Of a stretch of 64,000 bases of DNA, positions 35,464 through 44,806 are shown piece by piece. Each line of letters begins with the position of its first letter. Position 1 is the stretch's first letter. The position numbers and the translations under genes are program-made. The notes beneath the pieces are model-generated. The model was given only the letters and a program-made list of their open reading frames with translations, ran no database searches and was not told the origin of the DNA. Origin of the DNA: Candidatus Rokuibacteriota bacterium (GTDB lineage Bacteria > Methylomirabilota > Methylomirabilia > Rokubacteriales > CSP1-6); the NCBI GenBank assembly GCA_003220535.1, contig QHSU01000057.1:20411-84410 (forward strand). The letters run 5' to 3'.

Positions 35464-37626
35464 ATGTGGATGAAGCAAGCACTGTGGCTGGGCGTGGCGG
35501 CGGTCGCGATCGCCGTGATCTGGACCGGCTCGGTGGTCAAGCTGAGCGCCCAACAAGCGGGCGGAACGGTGCAGATCGACGGCGACGATATCGGCGGAGT
35601 CGTCACGGGGCCGAACGGGCCCGAGGCCGGCGTGTGGGTGATTGCGGAAACCACCGACCTTCCCACCAGGTTCGCCCGGATCGTGGTCACGGATGACCGG
35701 GGCCGGTACGTGGTGCCCGATCTGCCGAAGGCCAAATACAAAGTGTGGGTGCGGGGCTACGGCCTCGTCGATTCACCGAAGGTCGACGGCGAGCCCGGCA
35801 AGCAGTTGAGTCTCCGGGCGGCGCCAGCGCCGGATGCGGCCGCGGCGGCGCAATATTATCCGGCGATCTACTGGTACTCGATGCTCAAGATCCCGGACGC
35901 GAGCGAATTCGGCGGCAAGAGCAACATCCCTGCGAACATCACCCAGAGCGACTGGCTGACCGTCGTGAAGAACAGATCCTGCGTCGGCTGCCATCAGCTG
36001 GGCCAGCTCGCGACCCGTACGATTCCCGCGGCGCTCGGCCAGTTCGAATCATCGGAGAAGGCGTGGATCCGCCGCGTGCAGTCGGGACAGGCCGCGCCGC
36101 TGATGCTCACTCCGTTGACCGGAGTCCTGGGCGGCGTACCGTTCAAGTACTTCGGCGATTGGACCGACCGCATCGCCAGGGGTGAGCTGCCGCACAGCAA
36201 GCCGGCGCGGCCGCAAGGCGTCGAGCGCAACATCGTCGTCACCACCTGGGAGTGGGGGGACCCGAAGAAATATCTCCACGACCTGATCGCCTCGGATCGG
36301 CGCTATCCGACGGTCAACGCCGGGGGCCCGCTCTACGGCTCGCCCGAATACGCCACGGACGACTACCCGATCCTCGATCCCAAGACGCACACCGTCACGA
36401 GCTTCAGAGGTTCCGTGCGCGATGCCGACACGCCGGAGGCGCTCGGACCCGGACACGCGGCGATCGAGAAACCGATGGCGCCGTCGCCCTACTGGGGCGA
36501 GGAGAAGATCTGGGACACCAAGGCCAACAACCACAACGGCATGTTCGACAGGAAGGGCAGGGTCTGGTTCGCGGCGGCGGTGCGCGGCCCCAACAACCCG
36601 GACTTCTGCAAGAAGGGCTCGGATCATACCTCGGCCAAGCTGTTTCCGCTGGAGCGGACGAACCGCGCGCTCACGTTCCTCGATCCGAAGACGAAGAAGT
36701 ACACGTTCGTCGACACCTGCTTCCAGACGCATCACCTGCAGTTCGGCTACGACGCCAACGACACCTTGTGGACCAGCGGCGGCGGTCCGGTGGTCGGCTG
36801 GGTCAACACCAAGATGTTCGACGAGACGGGCGATGCCGCCAAGTCGCAAGGCTGGACGGCGTTCGTCCTCGACACCAACGGCAACGGCAAGCGCGACGAC
36901 TACGTGGAGCCCGACCAGCCGCTCGATCCGACCAAGGACAAGCGCATCGGCGGAGGCTTCTATGCCGTCATGCCGAGTCCGGTCGACGGCTCGATCTGGG
37001 GTTCTGTCGGGGTCTTCGGCGGCACCGCGGCGGTGGTACGGCTCGTCCCGGGGCCGAACCCGCCGGCGACCGCGCTTGCGGAAATCTACAACGTGCCGAA
37101 GCCCTATTTCGGCATCCGCGGCGCCGACATCGACAAGCAGGGTGTCGTGTGGGCGTCAATGGGGAGCGGCCATATCGGTAGCTTCGACCGCCGCAAGTGC
37201 AAGGGGCCTCTCAATGGACCGAAGGCCACCGGCGATCACTGCCCGGAGGGCTGGACCTTCTACCAGTATCCTGGGCCCGGCTTCCAGGGCATCGGGGAGA
37301 ACAGTGCCGAGTCGAGCTACTACACCTGGGTCGACCAGCACAACACGTTCGGGCTCGGCGAAGACGTGCCGCTGTCGACCGGCAACCTCAACGACGGCCT
37401 GATCGCGCTCAAGGACGGCAAGATGATCGTGCTGCGCGTCCCGTATCCGCTGGGCTTCTACGCCAAGGGGTTCGATGGGCGCATCGATGACCCCAACGCC
37501 GGCTGGAAGGGTCGCGGGTTGTGGACGACCAGCGGAGACAGGGCGCCGTGGCTCATGGAAGGCGGCAAGGGAAAGAAGCCCATCGCCGTGCACTTCCAGC
37601 TGCGCCCCGATCCGCTCGCGCATTGA
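35464..37626 (+). CDS. Secreted CarboxypepD_reg-domain protein with a single CXXCH heme-c motif and a large C-terminal (propeller-like) region
   Basis: The signal/TM is MWMKQALWLGVAAVAIAVIW. The Ig-like CarboxypepD_reg block is GVWVIAETTDLPTRFARIVVTDDRGRYVVPDLPKAKYKVWVRGYG. The heme motif is in NRSCVGCHQLG. An AAAGGAG SD is present. Confidence 0.6.
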   Translation: MWMKQALWLGVAAVAIAVIWTGSVVKLSAQQAGGTVQIDGDDIGGVVTGPNGPEAGVWVIAETTDLPTRFARIVVTDDRGRYVVPDLPKAKYKVWVRGYGLVDSPKVDGEPGKQLSLRAAPAPDAAAAAQYYPAIYWYSMLKIPDASEFGGKSNIPANITQSDWLTVVKNRSCVGCHQLGQLATRTIPAALGQFESSEKAWIRRVQSGQAAPLMLTPLTGVLGGVPFKYFGDWTDRIARGELPHSKPARPQGVERNIVVTTWEWGDPKKYLHDLIASDRRYPTVNAGGPLYGSPEYATDDYPILDPKTHTVTSFRGSVRDADTPEALGPGHAAIEKPMAPSPYWGEEKIWDTKANNHNGMFDRKGRVWFAAAVRGPNNPDFCKKGSDHTSAKLFPLERTNRALTFLDPKTKKYTFVDTCFQTHHLQFGYDANDTLWTSGGGPVVGWVNTKMFDETGDAAKSQGWTAFVLDTNGNGKRDDYVEPDQPLDPTKDKRIGGGFYAVMPSPVDGSIWGSVGVFGGTAAVVRLVPGPNPPATALAEIYNVPKPYFGIRGADIDKQGVVWASMGSGHIGSFDRRKCKGPLNGPKATGDHCPEGWTFYQYPGPGFQGIGENSAESSYYTWVDQHNTFGLGEDVPLSTGNLNDGLIALKDGKMIVLRVPYPLGFYAKGFDGRIDDPNAGWKGRGLWTTSGDRAPWLMEGGKGKKPIAVHFQLRPDPLAH

Positions 37627-37698
37627 GAGACCGTGGCGTGAACCAGTGAGACGCGGACCGAGGGAGGGTAGGACACCACTCGTCTCCTCCAGGCAGTT

Positions 37699-38997
37699 AT
37701 GAGGCGACCGCTGACTCAAGGTCCGGGTCGTCTGTTCTATGGCTGGTGGATCGTGATCATCGGCTGCATCCAGGATGCCGTGAAGGGGGGGACGTTCAAC
37801 ACCGGGTTCACCCTGTACTTTCTGCCCATTCTCAACGAGCTGCACCTCAGCCGGGCTGCGACGTCTCTGCCCTTCTCCCTCGCCAGAGTCGAGGCCGCTC
37901 TGGGAGGCCCGATCGTGGGGTACCTCATCGATCGGTTCGATGTCCGGGTAATGCTGGTTGTCGGGACGATGTTAGCTGGGCTGGGATTTGTGCTGCTGTC
38001 CTTCACTCCCAGCTATGTCCTCTTTGTCCTCGTGTTCATGGGTCCCCTGACCGTAGGTTTTCAAGGCTTCAACCACGCCACGATGGCCTCGGTCAACCAC
38101 TGGTTTCGGAGACAGCGCGGGCTCGCGATGTCCATCGTCCAGACCGGCCAGGCGATTGGCGGCGTGGTGATCTTTCCCCTGGTGGCCCTCGCCGTCTTGA
38201 AGCTGGGCTGGCGACCTGCCGCGTTCCTTTCCGGTCTCGTCGTGCTCATGCTGCTCCCCCTGGTGCTGCTCATCCGTGACTCGCCGGAGAGCATGGGGTT
38301 GTTGCCTGACGGCGAGCGTCCCACCGCGCACGATCCGTCAGCAGGTGCGGTCAGGCCCGAGCATCGGCCCGATGACATGCGAGAATTTACTGCCAGGGAA
38401 GCGTTACGGACGCGGGCCTTCTGGTTGCTCGCCGCCTTCCATGGCCTCCGCAATATTCCTTATAGCGGAGTATCCGTCCACCTGGTGCCCCTGCTGGTTT
38501 GGAAGGGGCTGGACGAGCCGATGGCGGCGTTTTTCGTGGGGCTGACGGCCTTCAGCACCGTCATCGTCCGGCCGCTGATGGGATGGCTCGGTGACTGGCG
38601 GTCGAAACAGAAGATCGGTGCCGTGGGCGTGCTCCTGGGCGCCCTCGGCCTCCTCGTGCTGACGTACAGTGACGGCGCGCTCTCGCACATGGTCTTGTTC
38701 GCCGTCTTGTTCGCGTGCGGCGAGGGGATCAACTCGGTGACGTGGGCGTTGGTCGGCGACTTGTTTGGTCGCAGGCACTTCGCCACGATCCGCGGCTGGA
38801 TCGGGATGCTGCAAAGCATTGCTTCGATACCCGGCGCGGTGTTCACCGGCTGGATCTATGACCAGACGCAGAGCTACACGTATGCGCTGATCCCGTTCAC
38901 CATCTCCTACAGTGTGGCGGCACTGGCCTTGTGGCGGCTTCCTCACCCCAAACGACTCGCACAACTCGAGGTCCGGCCGCGTCAAGCGCTTTCATGA
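37699..38997 (+). CDS. MFS transporter
   Basis: 432 aa with 12 predicted TM segments and an MFS loop-2/3 motif region (...GYLIDRFDVR...). Confidence 0.8.
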   Translation: MRRPLTQGPGRLFYGWWIVIIGCIQDAVKGGTFNTGFTLYFLPILNELHLSRAATSLPFSLARVEAALGGPIVGYLIDRFDVRVMLVVGTMLAGLGFVLLSFTPSYVLFVLVFMGPLTVGFQGFNHATMASVNHWFRRQRGLAMSIVQTGQAIGGVVIFPLVALAVLKLGWRPAAFLSGLVVLMLLPLVLLIRDSPESMGLLPDGERPTAHDPSAGAVRPEHRPDDMREFTAREALRTRAFWLLAAFHGLRNIPYSGVSVHLVPLLVWKGLDEPMAAFFVGLTAFSTVIVRPLMGWLGDWRSKQKIGAVGVLLGALGLLVLTYSDGALSHMVLFAVLFACGEGINSVTWALVGDLFGRRHFATIRGWIGMLQSIASIPGAVFTGWIYDQTQSYTYALIPFTISYSVAALALWRLPHPKRLAQLEVRPRQALS

Positions 38998-39145
38998 GCA
39001 GGCAAGGCGCCCGCCGTAGCGGCCCGCGCTAACGATGCCGCGCACCCGCCCGCCATCACCCGGCGACTTTTCGCCGATTCGAAGATGATCGACTTCCTGA
39101 CCTTTGCCGGGGTCGATCCGACCAGTCGAGGCCAGTGAGAATAGA

Positions 39146-39667
39146 TCAGGCCTTCGCCGGCGGCCGCGCGGTCACGTGACCGCAGCGACCGCAGGTCCGG
39201 TGGGCTTCGGACCCGTAGAACTCCTCGTAGGCGCGCGACACCGGATCCTCGCGATAGTCGGCGACCTGCTTGACGCTCTCGTGGAGCTGAGCACCGCACT
39301 TGACGCAATACCACGTGAAGCGGTCGCGCTCGTCCGGCCGCCGCTTGCGCTCCAGGACGAGAACGAACGAATCGGGTGAGAACCGCGGCGAGTGTGGGGT
39401 GCCCGCCGGGCAATACACGATCTGGCCCTCGCGGACGACGGCGACCTTCTCGTCGCCTTCCGGCGTCCGGTAGTGGAGGTTCATATCGCCCTTGATCATG
39501 TACATGACCTCGTCGCTCGGGTCACTGTGGAACTCGCTGCGGAACTCGCGGCCTCGCGCGACGAAGGCGACGCTGTCGGGCGCCTGCCAGAGGACCGTAT
39601 TGGGCCGGCCGGCGGCCCGAATGCTGCTCATGACCTGACCCAGATCGACCGCCTTCATCTCGTCCAT
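39146..39667 (-). CDS. 3-hydroxyanthranilate 3,4-dioxygenase (cupin, with C-terminal rubredoxin-like Cys4 site)
   Basis: It contains ...FHSDPSDEVMYMIKGDMNLHY...VREGQIVYCPAGTPHSP... plus WYCVKCG...CGRCGH. The start is ATG 39667; the longer track ORF is an upstream shadow. Confidence 0.8.
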   Translation of the reverse strand: MDEMKAVDLGQVMSSIRAAGRPNTVLWQAPDSVAFVARGREFRSEFHSDPSDEVMYMIKGDMNLHYRTPEGDEKVAVVREGQIVYCPAGTPHSPRFSPDSFVLVLERKRRPDERDRFTWYCVKCGAQLHESVKQVADYREDPVSRAYEEFYGSEAHRTCGRCGHVTARPPAKA

Positions 39668-39693
39668 TGCGCTTGTCCTTTCGAGCCCAACTG

Positions 39694-41262
39694 TTACGGC
39701 TGTCCCTTCAATTTCACGTCCTCCAGCGGCGCCGAGTACGCGAAGCTGCGGACCAGGTTGATGCCCGGCTCCTCCACGCGCGGGCCGACGCCCCAGATGA
39801 ACGCCAGCTCGTAGATCGGGATGTGCGTCACCCGGTCGTGGAGGATCTGCTGGATCTGGTGGAGCAGCGCCTCGCGCTTCTTCACGTCGAGCTCGCGGAC
39901 CTGACGCTGGAAGAGATCCTCGACCTCGGGGATGACGCCGGCCGTGTAGGCGCCACCCTTGCTGACGTACGCCTCGAGCCGCGTGGACGCGTTGCTGCCC
40001 GCGCCGCTGATGCCCACGATCACGTTCTTGAGCTTGCGGTCGCGCCAGGCCGTGGTCAGCGCCGCGCGCTCCATGGTCCGGACCTTCGTCCGGATCCCGA
40101 CGGCCTGGAGGTACCCGGTCAGGGCCTCGCCCATCGCGACATATGGAGGCCACGGGTAGAGATCGCCGGCGTCGAAGCCGTTCCGATAGCCCGCGTCGGC
40201 GAGGAGCCGCCTGGCCTTCGGGGGGTCGAAGGGATCCGGCTCGAAGAACTTCGAGAACTCCAGGGCACCCGGGATCAAGGAACCGGTGGGCTTCGAGAAG
40301 CCGAGCGTCTCGGCCTGGTTGAGCGCCTGCCGATCGATGGCGTAGCTCGCGGCCTGGCGCACGCGCCGGTCGTGCCAGGGCGACTTCGGATCCCACTGAT
40401 CGGGGAGATCGAGCCAGAAGACCGCGGGAGATTCCTTGCGCGAGACGAGCTTGAATCCGGGAGTGCGCTGGATGTCCTCGGCCACGGGACCCGTCAAGAG
40501 ATAGGCGATGTCCACCTCGCCGTTCTTGAGCGCGGCGGCGCGCGTCGTCTCCTCCGTCAGGCTCCGGTAAACGAGCCGCTTGACGTTGGGGACCTTCCGC
40601 CAGTATCCCTCGAACGCTTCCATCACCAGCTCGATCCCGGGAGTGAAGCTCACGAACCTGTACGGCCCGGCGCCGATCGGCGCCTTCTTGAAGCCGTCCT
40701 CACCCACCTTCTCGACGTACGCCCTGGGCACGATCCAGCCGGCGCCGGTGGCCGTCGTGCCGTAGAACGCCATGAAGTCCGGCCACGGCTCCTTCAGGTG
40801 GAAGCGCACGCGGCCCGGGTCCACGGCCTGGACCTCGCGAACGCGCTCCTTCAGGATCTTCGCGCCCGCGCCCTTGTACCGCTCGAAGGAGAACTTCACG
40901 TCAGCGGCCGTGACCGGTTCCCCGTTGTGGAACTTCGCTCCCTTGCGGACGACGAACTCGTACGTGAGCCCGTCCTTCGACTGCGTGAACGACTCCGCGA
41001 GGCTCGGCGTGTAGAGGCCGGAGGGCATTGGCTTCACCAGCGCGTCATGGAGGGCGTAGATCACCATGAACGGCGTGGAGATTCCCTCGGTCTCGCCGGG
41101 GTCGAGCCAGCGGGAGGCCAGCGTGATGTGGACTCCCCAGGTCATGGTGCCTACAGGCGCGGCCGCGCGCCCCGGGGGCTGGGCAGTCACCGGGCTGGCG
41201 GCACCGAAACCCAGGACGAGCGCGACGGAGACGATGACGGCGCGCGACGTGCATGGCCTCAT
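39694..41262 (-). CDS. ABC transporter substrate-binding protein, family 5 (no cognate permease or ATPase adjacent)
   Basis: 522 aa with a signal peptide. It contains ...TMTWGVHITLASRWLDPGE... and shows family-5 SBP architecture. A GGGAGGA SD is present. Confidence 0.85.
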   Translation of the reverse strand: MRPCTSRAVIVSVALVLGFGAASPVTAQPPGRAAAPVGTMTWGVHITLASRWLDPGETEGISTPFMVIYALHDALVKPMPSGLYTPSLAESFTQSKDGLTYEFVVRKGAKFHNGEPVTAADVKFSFERYKGAGAKILKERVREVQAVDPGRVRFHLKEPWPDFMAFYGTTATGAGWIVPRAYVEKVGEDGFKKAPIGAGPYRFVSFTPGIELVMEAFEGYWRKVPNVKRLVYRSLTEETTRAAALKNGEVDIAYLLTGPVAEDIQRTPGFKLVSRKESPAVFWLDLPDQWDPKSPWHDRRVRQAASYAIDRQALNQAETLGFSKPTGSLIPGALEFSKFFEPDPFDPPKARRLLADAGYRNGFDAGDLYPWPPYVAMGEALTGYLQAVGIRTKVRTMERAALTTAWRDRKLKNVIVGISGAGSNASTRLEAYVSKGGAYTAGVIPEVEDLFQRQVRELDVKKREALLHQIQQILHDRVTHIPIYELAFIWGVGPRVEEPGINLVRSFAYSAPLEDVKLKGQP

Positions 41263-41294
41263 GGGTTCCTCCCAGTGGCGGGTGTCGAGGAAGC

Positions 41295-42176
41295 TCAGGT
41301 CTGGAGATCACCCACGGCCGCAGCGAGGGCCTCGAGCTCGGCGCGCCAGGAGGCAGGCGCGACAACAGGACGCACGACGAACTTGGAGAAGCCGACGGCG
41401 ATGAAGTGCTCGATGAGCTCTCGCAACGCAGGGAGCCCCACCGGCGTGAGCTCGAGCGCTCGGGGCCGCCGGGCGGCCATCACGCGCGCCGTGGCGGGGT
41501 CGATGGGCGCTCCGGCGTAGCCGATGCTCATGCCGAAGTGCTCGCCGCTGATCGAGCGCCCGGCTTGGGCCGCCGCTTTTTCGATCACGACCCGTCCCGC
41601 GGCCGCTTCTTCAGGCGTGCACAGTGAAGGGAGCCACCCGTCGGACAAGCGACCGCAACGCTCGAGAGCGGCGGGCACCGTGCCGCCGAGCCACACTTCG
41701 AGCGGCTGCTGCACCGGCAGGGGCGAGAGCTTGACGTCATGGAAGCTGCCGGCGATGCCCTCGTGGCTCACCGTCTCGCCCGCCCACAGGCGCCGCAACA
41801 GCGGCAACGCCTCGTCGATAACTGCGCCGCGGCGCTTGGGATCGACGCCGATGGCATCGCGCTCCGGCGCGTAGGTGAGCCCGGGCACAAGCGTCACGAG
41901 CAGCCGTCCTCTGGACAGCACGTCCAGGCTCGCGAGCTGCTTGGCGAGCCGGAGCACGTGGCGTCCTGGCAACAGCATCGTGGTCCCGAGCTTCAACCGC
42001 GGATTGTTCGCGGCCGCCCAGGCGAGGCCCACGACGGGATCGAGCACGGGCGCGGTCAGCACCTCCGAGAGCCACAGGGAGTCGAACCCCAGGTCGTCGA
42101 GACCCCGGACGAGCTCGGCCAGCGCGTCAGGTGTCGACGAAGTGTTGCCGGCTCCTACGCCGATGCGGATCTTCAT
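41295..42176 (-). CDS. LLM-class F420/flavin-dependent oxidoreductase
   Basis: It contains MKIRIGVGAG...FDSLWLSEVL... and ...VWLGGTVPAALERCGRLSDGWLP. Confidence 0.8.
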   Translation of the reverse strand: MKIRIGVGAGNTSSTPDALAELVRGLDDLGFDSLWLSEVLTAPVLDPVVGLAWAAANNPRLKLGTTMLLPGRHVLRLAKQLASLDVLSRGRLLVTLVPGLTYAPERDAIGVDPKRRGAVIDEALPLLRRLWAGETVSHEGIAGSFHDVKLSPLPVQQPLEVWLGGTVPAALERCGRLSDGWLPSLCTPEEAAAGRVVIEKAAAQAGRSISGEHFGMSIGYAGAPIDPATARVMAARRPRALELTPVGLPALRELIEHFIAVGFSKFVVRPVVAPASWRAELEALAAAVGDLQT

Positions 42177-42251
42177 CGCTGGTCACGCTCCCTCCGCCAC
42201 GTCATCACGACTGTTGCCACGATACGGCAACCGCGGCCGGGGCTCAACTTT

Positions 42252-42875
42252 CTACCAGAGGCGCTGGCTCGCCAGACGCGCGCCCTCCGAGAGCATGCGA
42301 AACTTCTCCCACATGATGCTCGGGTGCACCCGCGCGGTCGCGAGCCCTTGCGCGAAGCCGCAGTCGACGCCGGCGATGACGTTCTCGCGCCCGACGAGCC
42401 TCGCGTAGCGCATGATCAGTTCGGCGACCAGCGCGGGATGCTCGACGCAATTCGTCGTGTGGGCAATGACGCCCGGGATGAGGATCTTGCCGCTCGGGAA
42501 CTTGATGGTCTCCCAGATGTGATACTCGTGCTCGTGGCGCGGGTTCGCCGCTTCGAGCGAGCGGGCGCCCGCCCTGATCTGGAGTATGACCGGGGCGATC
42601 TCCCGCAGCGGCGCGTCCGTCGTGTGGAGATCGTCGCGCACCTCGAAGCCCGTGAGGCGATCCGTGATGTACTGGGCGAAGCCGGATTTCGAGTACTTGC
42701 CGTCGCTCGGGACGGTCGATTCCGCACTCAGTCTGCATCCTCACGGCCTGGGCGGGCCAGGATGGCGCGCTCATCGTCGCTGAACGCGGAGCCGTCCTCT
42801 TTGCGCCGAAGAATCTCGACCATCTCCGGGGCTCCCGACGTGGGTCGTGAGGATGCGGCTCCGGCTGCGCTTCAC
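42252..42875 (-). pseudogene. Decayed cobalamin-independent methionine-synthase-like (MetE C-terminal-domain/COG0620 family) gene
   Basis: The GTG start still overlaps the VOC stop, and the N-terminus reads KRSRSRILTTHVGS. A frameshift then follows (PEMVEILRRKEDGSAF... is in another frame), with stops at 42771 and 42741. Next comes ...SDGKYSKSGFAQYITDRLTGFEV, joined directly to the C-terminal ...HTTDAPLREI...SLEAANPRHEHEY...AGVDCGF... . About 208 codons remain, against the 370 or so expected. Confidence 0.6.
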
Positions 42876-43414
42876 TGATAGGTCACGCCCGGCAGCGGGT
42901 GGGCCACCGCCTCCTCGAGAGTCTTGGCCCGGCGCCATTGCTCCGCCGGCCGGCTCTTGCCATCCGGGCCGATCTGATCCATCGACGCATACAGCTCGAT
43001 ATTGAACCCGTCGGGATCCTTGAACTCGACTCCGGGATTACCTCCCGGGCCCCGCCGTCCTTCATAGACGATCGGCACGCCCCTGGCGTGGAGAAAGTCG
43101 CGAATCTTGAACAGCTCGGAGACGGTGCCGACCTCCAGGGCGCAGTGGTGAAAGCCGGGCTGCCCCTCTCGGGGCACTTCGTGGTGCGGCTCGGCCGGCA
43201 CCAGGGCGACGGTGTGATGATCCGACGCGTTGCGGAGAAAGACCATGCCACGCTCGTTGCGGTCGGACACGTGGAACCCCATGATCTCCGTCCAGAACTT
43301 CGTGGTCCGCTCGATGTCGGTCACCGTAAACACGACGTGACCCAATTTCTTCACCTTGACCGGCGTCCCTACCGGAGACTGCGTCGCGGGGCCGTCCTGA
43401 CGATCGCTCGGCAT
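42872..43414 (-). CDS. VOC-family (glyoxalase/extradiol-dioxygenase fold) protein
   Basis: It contains KLGHVVFTVTDIERTTKFWTEIMGF... and ...HHCALEV...DPDGFNIELY. A GAGGAGGA SD is present. Confidence 0.75.
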   Translation of the reverse strand: MPSDRQDGPATQSPVGTPVKVKKLGHVVFTVTDIERTTKFWTEIMGFHVSDRNERGMVFLRNASDHHTVALVPAEPHHEVPREGQPGFHHCALEVGTVSELFKIRDFLHARGVPIVYEGRRGPGGNPGVEFKDPDGFNIELYASMDQIGPDGKSRPAEQWRRAKTLEEAVAHPLPGVTYQ

Positions 43415-43492
43415 ATTTCATTCCTCCTCTCGCCGTATTGTAGGCTTCTTGGTACCAACGCAGTTTGATCCGGGAGGTTCTCACAGAGTCGG

Positions 43493-44764
43493 CTAGCCAG
43501 CCACCGCCCACATGTCCATCGTCACTCCGCACCCGGGAATGGGCATCGCCGGCACCTGCAAGACCGAGGTGGCCGGCATGGCGTCACCATGCCGCGCGGC
43601 GATCGACTGCCAGGACGCGTCGAACTCGCGCAGGTCCGAGTAGAAAAGCTGTTGGCGTGTTACGGCGTCCAGTCCAAGACCGGCCGCGCGGCAGAGCGCC
43701 TCGGCCTGGGCCAGGATCCACTCGGTCTGGGCGCGGCTCGACGAGCCCGCGTAAGGGAAGCCGGAATCCACGCGGGCCGCCGGGATCGCCCCCGCACCGT
43801 CGGCGGCGCAGAGGCCGGAGAGGAAGACGAGGTCGCCCGCGCGTACGACGGGGCTGGCGTGGCCGAGCGGCACGGGGCATGTGGTCGGTATGACTTCCTT
43901 GCGGACTTTGCCGCCGGTCCGCACAGCGATCACGTTTATCTCGATGAGCCCGCCCACGACGCCGAAGTCGCTCGCGGCCAGCACCGTGCGCGCGGGAGGG
44001 TTCTCGGGGAACGCCGCGCGCCAGGCGTCCTCGAAGCGCGGCAGGTCCGCGATGTCGGCCAGCCAGACCTGCGCCTTGACGACGTCCTTCATCGACGACC
44101 CGCCCGCCGCCAACGCGCGGGCGAGATTTTGCAAGATGAACTCGGTCTGGCGCCGGATCGGCGAGCCTTCCCAGAAGATTGGGTTCGCCTGGGCCTCGGG
44201 TGGGATGCCGGTGCGGAAGTCGGTCGCCATCTGGCCCGCGAGGAACAGGTGGTCACCCACGCGCACGACCGGCGAGTAGCCGGCTCCGGAGAGCGGCTGG
44301 GGGATCTCGTCGGAGGTGATCCCTTCCTTGGCGGGGGCGAGCGTAGGGTCGAAGGCGACCATGTCCACCTGCACGGTGGCGTCCCTCGCGAGTAGCGCGG
44401 GTTGGGCCACCGTGGTGCTGGCCGGACGTGGAGGCTTGATGAAGTCGCGGCGGATCTCGTGGTACGGGTCCACATGCTGGCGCGCGGTGACGAACTGGTT
44501 CAACCACACTCCGTGAGCGACGCTCGTGCCCGCCGCCTTGAAGGCCGCGTCGATCGTGGTGAGGATGTAGCGCGCTTCGCGAATGCCTCGGGCTTCGCCG
44601 GCCAGCGGTAGGTTCGGGTTGCCGCGAACCTCGGGAGCAAGGCCGCCGCCGACGGGGCCGCCCATCGTGCCCGAGGCGAACACCCAGGGGCCTGCCTTCA
44701 CGGCGTTCGGGATGCGCAGCGGTGTCGCGGACGAGGTCGGCAGCCAGATGCTCTTCTTCGGCAT
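43493..44764 (-). CDS. Triple-domain RidA/YjgF/UK114-family protein (three tandem RidA folds in one chain)
   Basis: 423 aa. Three units of about 130-140 aa each start with a ...V(K/R)AG..(V/L)F(A/L)(S/A)G... strand (AVKAGPWVFASG, VVRVGDHLFLAGQ, VVRAGDLVFLSGL). Each ends with a ...V.(I/M).(V/A)(I/W)A(F/V) strand. An AAGGAGAG SD is present. Confidence 0.7.
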   Translation of the reverse strand: MPKKSIWLPTSSATPLRIPNAVKAGPWVFASGTMGGPVGGGLAPEVRGNPNLPLAGEARGIREARYILTTIDAAFKAAGTSVAHGVWLNQFVTARQHVDPYHEIRRDFIKPPRPASTTVAQPALLARDATVQVDMVAFDPTLAPAKEGITSDEIPQPLSGAGYSPVVRVGDHLFLAGQMATDFRTGIPPEAQANPIFWEGSPIRRQTEFILQNLARALAAGGSSMKDVVKAQVWLADIADLPRFEDAWRAAFPENPPARTVLAASDFGVVGGLIEINVIAVRTGGKVRKEVIPTTCPVPLGHASPVVRAGDLVFLSGLCAADGAGAIPAARVDSGFPYAGSSSRAQTEWILAQAEALCRAAGLGLDAVTRQQLFYSDLREFDASWQSIAARHGDAMPATSVLQVPAMPIPGCGVTMDMWAVAG

Positions 44765-44806
44765 GATCTCTCCTTAACTCGGACTATTCATGAACGATCG
44801 GATGCA

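Noticed and set aside
39146-40396. An extended 416-aa version of the HAAO ORF.
   Set aside because: Upstream of ATG 39667 the frame is antisense-quality Arg/Gly/Pro sequence that overlaps the family-5 SBP gene. The cupin protein begins at MDEMKAV, which gives the normal length of about 173 aa.
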